A DNA stretch of 64,000 nucleotides, from IMG/VR virus record IMGVR_UViG_3300033066_002433; one strand, 5' to 3'. Shown piece by piece: positions 4,823 to 13,793 of this stretch. Each line of letters opens with the position of its first letter. Position 1 is the stretch's first letter. A model generated the notes under the pieces. That model was not told the DNA's origin and ran no database searches. It was given only the letters and a program-made list of their open reading frames with translations. The translations under genes were made by a program, and so were the position numbers. Source of the DNA: an uncultured virus (IMG/VR IMGVR_UViG_3300033066_002433) (taxonomy: Duplodnaviria > Heunggongvirae > Uroviricota > Caudoviricetes).

Positions 4823-5944
4823 TTACACCTTGGCTTTTTCGACCTTTTCCTGCCAACTTTCCCTGACATTATCCTTATTGAATACTGTCTTCAGGATATC
4901 TGACTTTTGTTCTACGAAATTGCCGTAATGAACTACATCGTATGGACTAAAAACAGGAGCAGGTTTATCGTACACAATCTTAGCGCCAGGACAAGAAGAA
5001 TGACCTTCATCCTGCCAATTCCAGTGTTGCGAAAGACCAATAACTCGGTCTCCCACATAAATCGCCTCATTAATCTCATGCGTCACAATCATGAACGTAT
5101 AAGGAGGCTCTTCTCCCTTAGCCTTGAAAGCCTCGTTTTCCGCTCTTAGAGACAATAATAAACGCTGCTGCCTCTCTTTATTGGCTTCGTCAAGAGCCGA
5201 GAAAGGTTCGTCCATAATCGTCAATCTAGGCTTATTGATCATTACCTGAGCAATAGCAAGCCGTTGCTGCATACCGCCAGTCAAACCAATCATATCAGGA
5301 GTTACAACAAACGCTCCATCAATGTCTTGACGACGCTTGAAAAGACTGGCAGGAGAATCATCAGTACCAGTAAGGTCTCTAGTGTAAACAACCTTGATAT
5401 CATTCCAAGTCAGTCCAGCAGCCTTGAGGATATCATCAAGGAGTTTCGGGTGAGGCCCGCCTTCTTGAAGAACAAGGGTCTTACCTCGAAGATCAGCAAC
5501 GGTCTTGATACCGCTCTTGACAACAAGATGGTCTCCCTTTGACCAAGAAAGCTGGAAAATAACTACAGGTTTTGTGCGGGGATCGGAGTTTGCGACTTCG
5601 GAAGCATCTCCAATCATACCCATCGTTCCGCGAAGGAACGGAGACTTACCGCTCATGTAGTCTCGAACCTGCTGAACAAAGTCATCGCCAGGAGTGAGTT
5701 CAACATTCAATCCAAGCTTATTGTAGATAGAACCATTTTGCGTCTTGGTGTTACCGTTGGCATAAAAAGTAGCTACATCTGCTCCCCAGAAAATGTAAGG
5801 CGCACGAATGGTAGACGTTTCTTGTACGTCATTTACGGCTACATTGCCTACAAGGTCTGAAAACCGCTTTTCTTGACTAAAACTTTCAGATACAGACGCA
5901 AGCAAAGCAACAAATGCGAACAACAAACTTTGAACCAGTTTCAT
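4823..5944 (-). CDS. Chimeric ABC substrate-binding protein (NMT1/SsuA-like) fused to the C-terminal half of an ABC ATPase
   Basis: Signal peptide and SBP domain, then 'LTGGMQQRLAIAQ', Walker B 'IMDEPFSALD', H-loop 'VTHE'; no Walker A. Confidence 0.7.
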   Translation of the reverse strand: MKLVQSLLFAFVALLASVSESFSQEKRFSDLVGNVAVNDVQETSTIRAPYIFWGADVATFYANGNTKTQNGSIYNKLGLNVELTPGDDFVQQVRDYMSGKSPFLRGTMGMIGDASEVANSDPRTKPVVIFQLSWSKGDHLVVKSGIKTVADLRGKTLVLQEGGPHPKLLDDILKAAGLTWNDIKVVYTRDLTGTDDSPASLFKRRQDIDGAFVVTPDMIGLTGGMQQRLAIAQVMINKPRLTIMDEPFSALDEANKERQQRLLLSLRAENEAFKAKGEEPPYTFMIVTHEINEAIYVGDRVIGLSQHWNWQDEGHSSCPGAKIVYDKPAPVFSPYDVVHYGNFVEQKSDILKTVFNKDNVRESWQEKVEKAKV

Positions 5945-6045
5945 TCACTTCTCCTATTTGGCGAGGAATCTCTTGACACCCTAGTAGGTCGTCAATAAAT
6001 CATAGGTAGAAGGGCTTTTCACATTTGAGGAATAGGCACTTTTTA

Positions 6046-6855
6046 TTAGCCGTTTGCGGTCGCTGACTTGTCAATCAATTCCTGTTTATCTATAGGAGAA
6101 TAATCTACAAAGATATCCAAGTGACATTCTTGAGCTTCAGCAACAATCTCAACATCTTGTGGTAAAATTTCTAGATATAGAGAATTTCCTGCTGCTCTCT
6201 GGTCTTCAACAATCTTGGCATAAATTTCTTGAGTATTTTGACCTCTTTCGTAGCCAAATTCTCTTCTGCGATTAAGCAGGTCTTTTGCGATAGCATTCTT
6301 TTCGCCAACAAAAGTTCCTGTTGCCTTATTTACTCTTCTATAGTTGAATACTTTGATCATGTCGCCGTAATCTTCTTTAGCGCCAAATTCAAAAAGAACA
6401 AGTTTACATTCTTTCAATGGAAACATGACTTCATCGCTATTGGCAAGAACGCTCTTACGCAATGCCGTTCTGAAACGAGCTAGTAATGCTTCATCCTTAT
6501 TGACAAGGCCTACAACAATCTTCAAGAAGTCTTGCATTTTTTCGAACTCGGAGTTCGTTATTGAATTATCATCAATCTTTTTACAAACAGTATCCTTCAA
6601 GAAACCAAGCATTGAATCAAGCTTCGTATCAAAACTGAACCAGGTATTAGGCGAGGGAACTTCGCAGCCATGAAGTTCAATAAGAGTTTTCAATATCTCT
6701 TTGTTTTGAATTGGAGTTCTTTCCATAACTCCATTCTTTATCTTGAAGTCAACATCAATAGTGTCTTTGTTGCCTTTTTCTTCAATCGCTGTTATCACAT
6801 CTTCAGCAATTCTTCTTGCATTTTCTTTCGTCAACAGCGGAATAATATCGCTCAT
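6046..6855 (-). CDS. hypothetical protein
   Basis: 269-aa ORF in a tight minus-strand run. Confidence 0.7.
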   Translation of the reverse strand: MSDIIPLLTKENARRIAEDVITAIEEKGNKDTIDVDFKIKNGVMERTPIQNKEILKTLIELHGCEVPSPNTWFSFDTKLDSMLGFLKDTVCKKIDDNSITNSEFEKMQDFLKIVVGLVNKDEALLARFRTALRKSVLANSDEVMFPLKECKLVLFEFGAKEDYGDMIKVFNYRRVNKATGTFVGEKNAIAKDLLNRRREFGYERGQNTQEIYAKIVEDQRAAGNSLYLEILPQDVEIVAEAQECHLDIFVDYSPIDKQELIDKSATANG

Positions 6856-6867
6856 CTGTAACCTTTC

Positions 6868-7077
6868 TTAGCTAATCTTGGTTTCGCTTTGATCAGAAGC
6901 TTGCTTCGTTAGATAAATATTTCTAACGACTTCTGCTTGCCTTACAAAGTTAGTATCGGAAGAAAAGCGGTTCAAATACACTTGTGCTTGACTAGAATTT
7001 GGTCCATGAGCTTCAACTAATGCTGTATAATTGTTCAACGATGGAAAATCTTTGTGACCTGTTTTGAATAAACCCAT
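6868..7077 (-). CDS. hypothetical protein
   Basis: 69-aa ORF with AAGGAG RBS. Confidence 0.6.
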   Translation of the reverse strand: MGLFKTGHKDFPSLNNYTALVEAHGPNSSQAQVYLNRFSSDTNFVRQAEVVRNIYLTKQASDQSETKIS

Positions 7078-7104
7078 GTTTTTTCTCCTTAAATACAGTA
7101 TCCA

Positions 7105-7497
7105 CTAATCCTCTTTCCAAGGAATACGAGGTATTTCCTTCAAACTTTGACCTATTACGACTTTGGAAACAAAAATCTTTAACTTACATGATTCTGCTTC
7201 TGTAATCATATTATAAGTACCAGGAGAGTTCCCATCCCAAATAGCAATAAGAGCATCTGCGTATGCCGCCATTTCTTTATTCCGCATAATGCCAGCCTTA
7301 CGACCATGCTGTTCCCAATCCGCAGGAAACACTTTTATTGGCAAATTCTTTTCTAACCCATATTTCTCGCCAAGAGAATCAACACCTCTAGCTCCGCCAG
7401 AAACTACTTCTGTAATTTCAAAACCAGAAGCTTCTATGGCAGATAAAACCAATTGATATTCTTCAATATTACGACTACCAGCAATAATTGTCTTCAT
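7105..7497 (-). CDS. SLOG/YspA-like (DUF2493) protein
   Basis: 'IIAGSR...VSGGARGVD...AGIMRNKEMA...WDGNSPGT'. Confidence 0.85.
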   Translation of the reverse strand: MKTIIAGSRNIEEYQLVLSAIEASGFEITEVVSGGARGVDSLGEKYGLEKNLPIKVFPADWEQHGRKAGIMRNKEMAAYADALIAIWDGNSPGTYNMITEAESCKLKIFVSKVVIGQSLKEIPRIPWKED

Positions 7498-8123
7498 ACT
7501 TCAACCTTTTCGCTTATCGATAGAATCGAAACGACAGATTCGGTAATTCGACGCCAATCCTCATTTATAGAGCTACTTTCACCGTTATCAATCGATATGC
7601 AAATTCTTTCATGATTTGGTATAACTAGGGTTTGTAATCGAGCTTTTAGAATATCTGGACGAGCTTTTATTATACTTATTTGTTGTTCCATAACAATAGG
7701 AATATCAAAAACAAACCATCCAGTTTTACAAGAATTTGCATATTCCTGAGTAAAAGATTCAAAAGAAGGCCAAAACACTCGGTAACTAGAATCTTGAAAC
7801 AAGAAAGATTCTCCGTTAATCTTTTTCAGGTTTAGCCCATCTCCTCTAATGAGTTTTTCTTCTCTTTTGACATTGTTCCATAACTCTTTAATAAAGTCTT
7901 TATTTGGATTAATCCCGCAAAAATGAGATGCGACTCTACAGTTTTTCTTAAATAAGAAATCAGTCAATATTCTAACTGGTTGATCAACCTTATCAATCAT
8001 GGTTGGGTTAAATGTACATTCTAGCTCATTTTTCCCGAAATAACTTACTCCGTTATTAGAGAAAAGACGAAAAGACTGAAGGAGGTCGGTCTGCGGAATT
8101 TGCGTATCACATATCTTGTTCAT
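7494..8123 (-). CDS. hypothetical protein
   Basis: 209-aa ORF; its stop overlaps the next start. Confidence 0.65.
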   Translation of the reverse strand: MNKICDTQIPQTDLLQSFRLFSNNGVSYFGKNELECTFNPTMIDKVDQPVRILTDFLFKKNCRVASHFCGINPNKDFIKELWNNVKREEKLIRGDGLNLKKINGESFLFQDSSYRVFWPSFESFTQEYANSCKTGWFVFDIPIVMEQQISIIKARPDILKARLQTLVIPNHERICISIDNGESSSINEDWRRITESVVSILSISEKVEV

Positions 8124-8153
8124 ATTGGTTCTCCAATTTGATATCGTCTATCA

Positions 8154-8178
8154 AGGATATACTACCGAAAATAGGAAA
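8154..8178 (+). promoter_or_regulatory. SigH-type promoter AGGA-N17-GAAA
   Basis: Motif ends 9 nt upstream of ATG 8188. Confidence 0.5.
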
Positions 8179-8187
8179 TAATAACAT

Positions 8188-8685
8188 ATGACATGGTATA
8201 AACAAGCATCTGCTGACAAAATCATAAACAATGAGATGTCCTCTAGACTTCAGGAAGAGTGGATGGCAAGCATGGGCGATTTCCAAAGAGCGCCCACAGA
8301 CGCATATCAATGTTATGTACACTTATCGGAAACTAACTACAAAATTACAGTATGCGCTTCAATAATGACAGTACACTCTGGAACAATGATGTTGCAAATG
8401 TTTTGGAAATACGGCCTTAATGAGAAAAGCGCAGCCAAAAAGACTTATGAACAAATAAAAAAACAAGTTGCAACGATAATCGAAGATATAACAAAAACCG
8501 AATCGCCTTCTTCTCTTTTTGAGAGTATGGTAAGAGTTGATTGTTCTAAAATCGCAACAGACAAAATCGCTCGCACAAACATTCCGCATATCAATTGGTC
8601 TCAAAATGTTAAATACGAAAGAGATTGGAGAAGCTCTATTTATGGAAATAGATACCCTCATCCAAACGAAATAAATGGATTCTAA
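8188..8685 (+). CDS. hypothetical protein with N-terminal MTWYKQA motif
   Basis: 165-aa ORF. Confidence 0.7.
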   Translation: MTWYKQASADKIINNEMSSRLQEEWMASMGDFQRAPTDAYQCYVHLSETNYKITVCASIMTVHSGTMMLQMFWKYGLNEKSAAKKTYEQIKKQVATIIEDITKTESPSSLFESMVRVDCSKIATDKIARTNIPHINWSQNVKYERDWRSSIYGNRYPHPNEINGF

Positions 8686-8696
8686 GGAGAAAGAAA

Positions 8697-8873
8697 ATGA
8701 TTAAAATCGAACTACATTTTCAGGTGTTTAATCCAGGCATTAAGCTTGGATTCAACTTAACAAAATGGAAACTTGGGCACTCTATCTATCAAAATCAGCA
8801 CGCAAAATGGGCAGCTTTCCATTTTGGACCATTCAGTTTAAGCTTCCTTTGGGATGGCGATTTCTGGAACTAA
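8697..8873 (+). CDS. small hypothetical protein (58 aa)
   Basis: AAGGAG RBS; MIKIELHFQVFNP...; fills the gap exactly. Confidence 0.55.
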   Translation: MIKIELHFQVFNPGIKLGFNLTKWKLGHSIYQNQHAKWAAFHFGPFSLSFLWDGDFWN

Positions 8874-8874
8874 A

Positions 8875-9399
8875 ATGTCATACTTTAACCTTTCAAAATT
8901 AGCTGAAGAAATAGAAGAAGATAAGTTGGGCATGAAAAGAATGTTCGGCGAGAATATCGTCGTTAATGTAGAAAATCAGGCAGGAACCGAAAGAGTTGGA
9001 GTAAAACCAAGCGGCAAAGAATGGCGATCAAAAATGAAGTATGATTATGGCTTCATATCTTACGTTAAAGGCGAAGATGGAGAAGGTCTTGACGTTTATC
9101 TTGGGCCAAACCAAGAAGCCGAGAATGTTTATATAGTTCACCAGAATGATCCAGAAACTGGAGAATACGATGAAGATAAGGTTATGCTTGGATTTGACAG
9201 CAAGAAACAAGCTAAAGAAGCATACCTTGAACATTATGACAGTCCGGATTTCTTTGGATCAATAACAGAGCAATCATTTGAGGACTTTGAACATCTTGTT
9301 ACATCTGATAAACCAAGCGTAAAAGAAAGACTTCCTTGGAACATAAAAGATAAGAGGAAGAAAACCAATCTCAAAAAAGAGGCTTATTTTAAACTATAA
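8875..9399 (+). CDS. Inorganic pyrophosphatase-like domain protein
   Basis: 'YDYGFI...GEDGEGLDVYLGPN...YDEDKVMLGF'; start MSYFNLSKLA. Confidence 0.75.
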   Translation: MSYFNLSKLAEEIEEDKLGMKRMFGENIVVNVENQAGTERVGVKPSGKEWRSKMKYDYGFISYVKGEDGEGLDVYLGPNQEAENVYIVHQNDPETGEYDEDKVMLGFDSKKQAKEAYLEHYDSPDFFGSITEQSFEDFEHLVTSDKPSVKERLPWNIKDKRKKTNLKKEAYFKL

Positions 9400-9506
9400 T
9401 GTGGTACAAACTTGCTCAACCTAAAAAGATAATGTATATTATGAGAGGACCAAGCGGTGCTGGCCCCATGTATATAAATAGAGGACTTCTTGAAGTTGGA
9501 TTGTAA
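9399..9506 (+). pseudogene. Orphan N-terminal fragment of the P-loop kinase (MWYKLAQPKKIMYIMRGPSGAG...)
   Basis: Matches the N-terminus of 10407..10874 up to the Walker A motif, then diverges. Confidence 0.75.
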
Positions 9507-9528
9507 AACATCAAGGAGAAATCTATTT

Positions 9529-10410
9529 ATGAAACAGTACCAACGATATTGTCCATCATGTAATAAAAAACTAGAATATTCAAGCTATCATAGTTTTTGG
9601 ACCGCGAACAAGAATAAAAGTCCATGCCGAACCTGTAGCTCGATTGAATTCAATAATAAAACACATATTAAAAAAGCTTTCATGCAACGATTTTCAAATA
9701 ACACAGGCGCTAAAAATGGTTTTTGGAATCATAAACATTCTGAAATAACAAAGAAGAAAATCGCAGATTCTAGAACTGGCAAAAAAGCCACAAAACAGAC
9801 TAGGCAAAAACTTTCCATAGCGACTTCTGGAAAAAACAATCCAATGTTCAATAGATCGGTCTATGACTTATGGGTTGAAAAATACGGAATAGATGGGGCT
9901 AATCAAAGACATCAAGCATACATCAGGAAACAATCAGAAAATATGGTTGGCGAGAATAACCCGATGTTTGGAAAACCTTCTCCGCAAGGATCTGGTAATG
10001 GATGGTCTGGATGGTATAAAGGATGGTTCTTTAGAAGCTTGAAAGAACTCTCCTACATGATCAATGTTATTGAAAAAGAAGGTCTTGAGTGGCAAACTGC
10101 TGAGGCTAAGAAGTATGCTATCCCGTACATAGATTGTAAGGGACAAAAAAGAACATATTATGCTGATTTCATCATTAGTAATCAAATCATCATTGAAATC
10201 AAGCCTAAAAAACTGATATCTTCGAAAGCTATTCAAACAAAAATAAAAGCGGCTGAACAATTTGCCAAGGCTAATGGAATGCAATATTCCATCCTAGAAC
10301 CTCCTCGTATAACTGATTCTCAAATCACTGAACTATATGAATCTAGAACTTTAGTGTTTACTAAAAGATACGAAGAAAAATATAAACTTAAATTTGGAGC
10401 GGGATCATGA
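9529..10410 (+). CDS. Homing endonuclease: NUMOD3 repeats plus TnsA-like PD-(D/E)xK nuclease
   Basis: 'HKHSEITKKKI', 'GKNNPMF', 'GENNPMFGK'; 'RTYYADF...IIEIKP'. Confidence 0.8.
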   Translation: MKQYQRYCPSCNKKLEYSSYHSFWTANKNKSPCRTCSSIEFNNKTHIKKAFMQRFSNNTGAKNGFWNHKHSEITKKKIADSRTGKKATKQTRQKLSIATSGKNNPMFNRSVYDLWVEKYGIDGANQRHQAYIRKQSENMVGENNPMFGKPSPQGSGNGWSGWYKGWFFRSLKELSYMINVIEKEGLEWQTAEAKKYAIPYIDCKGQKRTYYADFIISNQIIIEIKPKKLISSKAIQTKIKAAEQFAKANGMQYSILEPPRITDSQITELYESRTLVFTKRYEEKYKLKFGAGS

Positions 10411-10874
10411 CCTGGTATAAAAAATCTGCTCAAAAAGTGCTTTATCTTTTAAGGGGTCCGAGTGGGGTAGGCAAAAGCACAAAAGCTAAAGAACTCGGCA
10501 TAAGCGGAACCACATTATCAACAGATGATTTTTGGATGAAAGACGGCAAATATATATTTGATCCTCTTCGAATAGCAGAAGCTCATCAATGGAATCAGTC
10601 AAGAGCTAGAGAATGTCTCAAAAAAAGCGTTTCTCCTGTCATAATTGATAACACTAATATTAACGCATGGGAAATGAAACCATATGTTTATATGGCTCAA
10701 GAATTTGGTTATCAAATACAAATAGTTCCTGTAGAGGTTAAGAACACTCCGCAAGAACTTGCCAAAAGAAACAAGCATGGTGTTCCAGAAAATGTTATAC
10801 AGGAAATGATTCAAAAATATAACCCAAACGTAAGCATTAGAGACATATTGAGATCAAAGTCTCCTCATGAATAA
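10407..10874 (+). CDS. P-loop kinase (AAA_33 / N4BP2-like polynucleotide kinase) with MTWYKKSA motif
   Basis: 'LRGPSGVGKST', 'STDDF', 'IIDNTN', 'RNKHGVP'. Confidence 0.85.
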   Translation: MTWYKKSAQKVLYLLRGPSGVGKSTKAKELGISGTTLSTDDFWMKDGKYIFDPLRIAEAHQWNQSRARECLKKSVSPVIIDNTNINAWEMKPYVYMAQEFGYQIQIVPVEVKNTPQELAKRNKHGVPENVIQEMIQKYNPNVSIRDILRSKSPHE

Positions 10875-10876
10875 AC

Positions 10877-12283
10877 ATGGAACTAAACTCATTAGCCTTC
10901 AAAATTTCTCCTATTGGAATGGCATTCGTTAAAGCTGATGGTTCGTTTTTCCGAGTAAACGAATCGTTATGCAAACTTCTTGAATACTCCGAACAAGAGC
11001 TAACGGCAAAAACTTTTCAAGAGATATCTCACCCTCAGGATCTTGAAGAAGACCTTAAATTCGTCAAAGAATGTTTGAATGGTAATATTGATTACTATTC
11101 AATAGATAAAAGATACATTACTAAAAGTGGTAAAATTACATGGGCCAAATTAATAGTTACTGTTATTAAGGATAATGAAGGTAATTTTCTATACTTTTTG
11201 TCGCAAATACAAGATATAACAAACGACAAGACTTTTAATGAATATGTCAAATTAGCTATAAGTAATGGCCGAATAGGCGCATGGACTTGGTTCGCTAAGG
11301 GAGATAAACTCTTTTGGGACAGTACCATGTATGATTTATACGATATTGATGAAAAAGATTTTACTGGTAAATATGATTTCTTTAACAATATAGTTCATAA
11401 AGAAGATAGAGAAAAAGTATCTCATGAAGTAAACTTAGCTCTAAAATTCAACAACGAATTCAAAACTAAGTTTCGAATAACCTTGAAAAACGGTAAAACA
11501 AGATGGATAGCCGGAAGAGGTAGAGTAATAACAAATAGTCAAGGAGATGTAAATGTTATGAGCGGCATAAACTACGACATAACAGATCAGGTCTTACTTG
11601 AAAACAGAATACTTGAAAATAATAGGTATTTGGAAAACTTTGCCTATATTGTATCTCACGATCTTAGAGAGCCATTAAGAACGATAAATGGCTTCTCTCA
11701 AATCATGCAAGCAAAATATGGGAAGATTCTTGACGAAAAAGGGTTACGTTACTTGAGCGTCATATCCGAAGGCGCAAAAAAACTAGACCAAATCATAAAG
11801 AACATACTCGATCAATGCAGCATTGAAAAGAAAGAATTTGTAAGAAGCTACTTAGATCTAAACATTGTACTAGAAAAAGTTTTACAGTATCTTGGAATTT
11901 CTCTAGCAAAATCAAAAGTCTATAAAGATTTTACTGGCACAGGTATGATCTTTATGAATGAAATACATTTACATCAAATACTTCAAAATCTAATTTCTAA
12001 TTCTATCAAGTATTGTAAATTAGATCAGGAGCCTGAAATAACTATATGTTTTTATGAAGGCGTTGACAGCTATGTCATTTGCGTAAAAGACGAAGGAATA
12101 GGCATAAGCAAAGAAAATCAAGACAAACTTTTTCAAATGTTTCATAGAGTTAGTTCAGACAAGGACGGTAACGGTATAGGTTTAGCTTTGTGCAAAAAAT
12201 TAATAGATCAGTACGAAGGCAAAATATGGATAGAATCAGAACTAAATAAGGGAACTTCCGTTTACATATCAATACCAAAATGA
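10877..12283 (+). CDS. PAS-domain sensor histidine kinase
   Basis: Two PAS/PAC domains; H-box 'VSHDLREPL', N-box 'NLISNSIKY', G-boxes 'DEGIG' and 'GNGIGL'. Confidence 0.92.
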   Translation: MELNSLAFKISPIGMAFVKADGSFFRVNESLCKLLEYSEQELTAKTFQEISHPQDLEEDLKFVKECLNGNIDYYSIDKRYITKSGKITWAKLIVTVIKDNEGNFLYFLSQIQDITNDKTFNEYVKLAISNGRIGAWTWFAKGDKLFWDSTMYDLYDIDEKDFTGKYDFFNNIVHKEDREKVSHEVNLALKFNNEFKTKFRITLKNGKTRWIAGRGRVITNSQGDVNVMSGINYDITDQVLLENRILENNRYLENFAYIVSHDLREPLRTINGFSQIMQAKYGKILDEKGLRYLSVISEGAKKLDQIIKNILDQCSIEKKEFVRSYLDLNIVLEKVLQYLGISLAKSKVYKDFTGTGMIFMNEIHLHQILQNLISNSIKYCKLDQEPEITICFYEGVDSYVICVKDEGIGISKENQDKLFQMFHRVSSDKDGNGIGLALCKKLIDQYEGKIWIESELNKGTSVYISIPK

Positions 12284-12705
12284 CAAACAAAACCATACTT
12301 ATTGTTGAAGACAATCCTTTTGAGATAGAACTCACTAAAGAAGTTATTGATTTTGATAATCAAAATTCTTCTAGTAAGTTTATTTTCGCAACATCATACT
12401 CAGAAGCAACTCCATTCTTAAAAGACAAAACTCTTTGTCTGGTTATACTTGATTTGAATCTTAGCAAAGAGAATGGCAAAGACATTCTAAAGACCATCAA
12501 AAACAGCGATACAACAAAGCATATCCCTGTAGTTGTGTTTTCTAATTCTGATTCTCAAAACGACATAAACGAGTGTTATCGGCTTGATGCAAATTCATAT
12601 ATTAAAAAACCAGTTGAATATGAGGATTTTGTAAATACATTCTCGAAATTAAAGATTTACTGGTCTGGCATTAACATCATTCCAGATAAACGGAGTTTTT
12701 CATAA
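12280..12705 (+). CDS. Single-domain response regulator (Rcp1-like)
   Basis: 'LIVEDN...LDLNL...IPVVVFS...ANSYIKKP'. Confidence 0.9.
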   Translation: MTNKTILIVEDNPFEIELTKEVIDFDNQNSSSKFIFATSYSEATPFLKDKTLCLVILDLNLSKENGKDILKTIKNSDTTKHIPVVVFSNSDSQNDINECYRLDANSYIKKPVEYEDFVNTFSKLKIYWSGINIIPDKRSFS

Positions 12706-13125
12706 ATGAGAAAGGTAACTATACTTGTTGTTGACGATGATAGTAATTTCTGCGAAATTGTATCTGAAATGTTAAATATGAAGTTTGAAGGCTTTATTGA
12801 TATATATTGCGCCAAGGACAAAGAAGATTACAGCAACTATCAGAATAGCTATTTTGATATTTGCATCATTGATAATTTTATAAACGGAAAACCTGTTGCA
12901 AAAGAGATACTCGATAGTCTGAAAAGCAATACTGTATCAACAAACATATACATAGCTACTGGATACTCTTCTTATGATGTACTTAAGAGTTTTATAAACG
13001 CAGGTATTAGCGGTTTTATTGAGAAAAATGAACTTAACTTCAATATTATTTTCTCAAAAATAGAAGAAATCATTGCCGCTGAATCGCACATAGAAAAAAT
13101 CAAAAGAAAAATAGAAAACATCTAA
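12706..13125 (+). CDS. Response regulator receiver protein
   Basis: 'LVVDDD...IIDN...ATG...GFIEK'. Confidence 0.82.
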   Translation: MRKVTILVVDDDSNFCEIVSEMLNMKFEGFIDIYCAKDKEDYSNYQNSYFDICIIDNFINGKPVAKEILDSLKSNTVSTNIYIATGYSSYDVLKSFINAGISGFIEKNELNFNIIFSKIEEIIAAESHIEKIKRKIENI

Positions 13126-13793
13126 TGTGGTATAAACAATCTCAATTTGGGGCAGGTTACGGCGAACACTGGATTGACGAAGACGGAAATCTTATGTATG
13201 CTGATGGCGATATCGGAGACATGAATCACGAAGCTTACGTTATCCAAAGAGCAAGAGGAAAGATTGCTGGCGATCAATGGAATCAAGGCGAATTTGTAAA
13301 TTGGGAAGCCTTTCAAGAAAGCGTTGCCTCACAAATACTACAAGAGGCAAAAACAAATCCAAATTTGCAGGAAGAGATAGAAAGCGAAATAGGAGACATA
13401 TATACTACTCAGCCTAGAGAATTAATAGGATACGACTATATTGACAACGAGCTTCTTAGAAGAGGAATAAATGCTGAGCTTCTTAACGTAGCGCAAGAAA
13501 GAGCAAATGCAAGAATGTTTGGCATGAAAACATGGGGATGGAAAAGAGTTATGAACAACTATGTTGAAACTTTTGTTCTAACTAATGAGGATTGTCAAGT
13601 TATAGCAAAAGGACTTGGTGAATTAGTTCCTGATGATGAAGATGGAAATAGTACATGGAATATAGAAATTGTATCAAATAGACAGTATTTCCAAAATATA
13701 CCGCTATCAATAATCGAAAAAGGGACACAAGCTATCTTCTCATACTCAAGACAAGTTAAGTCATCTGTATGGTATAGGAATATTATTATATAA
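13125..13793 (+). CDS. hypothetical protein with MWYKQSQ motif
   Basis: 222-aa ORF; stop/start overlaps on both sides. Confidence 0.75.
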   Translation: MWYKQSQFGAGYGEHWIDEDGNLMYADGDIGDMNHEAYVIQRARGKIAGDQWNQGEFVNWEAFQESVASQILQEAKTNPNLQEEIESEIGDIYTTQPRELIGYDYIDNELLRRGINAELLNVAQERANARMFGMKTWGWKRVMNNYVETFVLTNEDCQVIAKGLGELVPDDEDGNSTWNIEIVSNRQYFQNIPLSIIEKGTQAIFSYSRQVKSSVWYRNIII

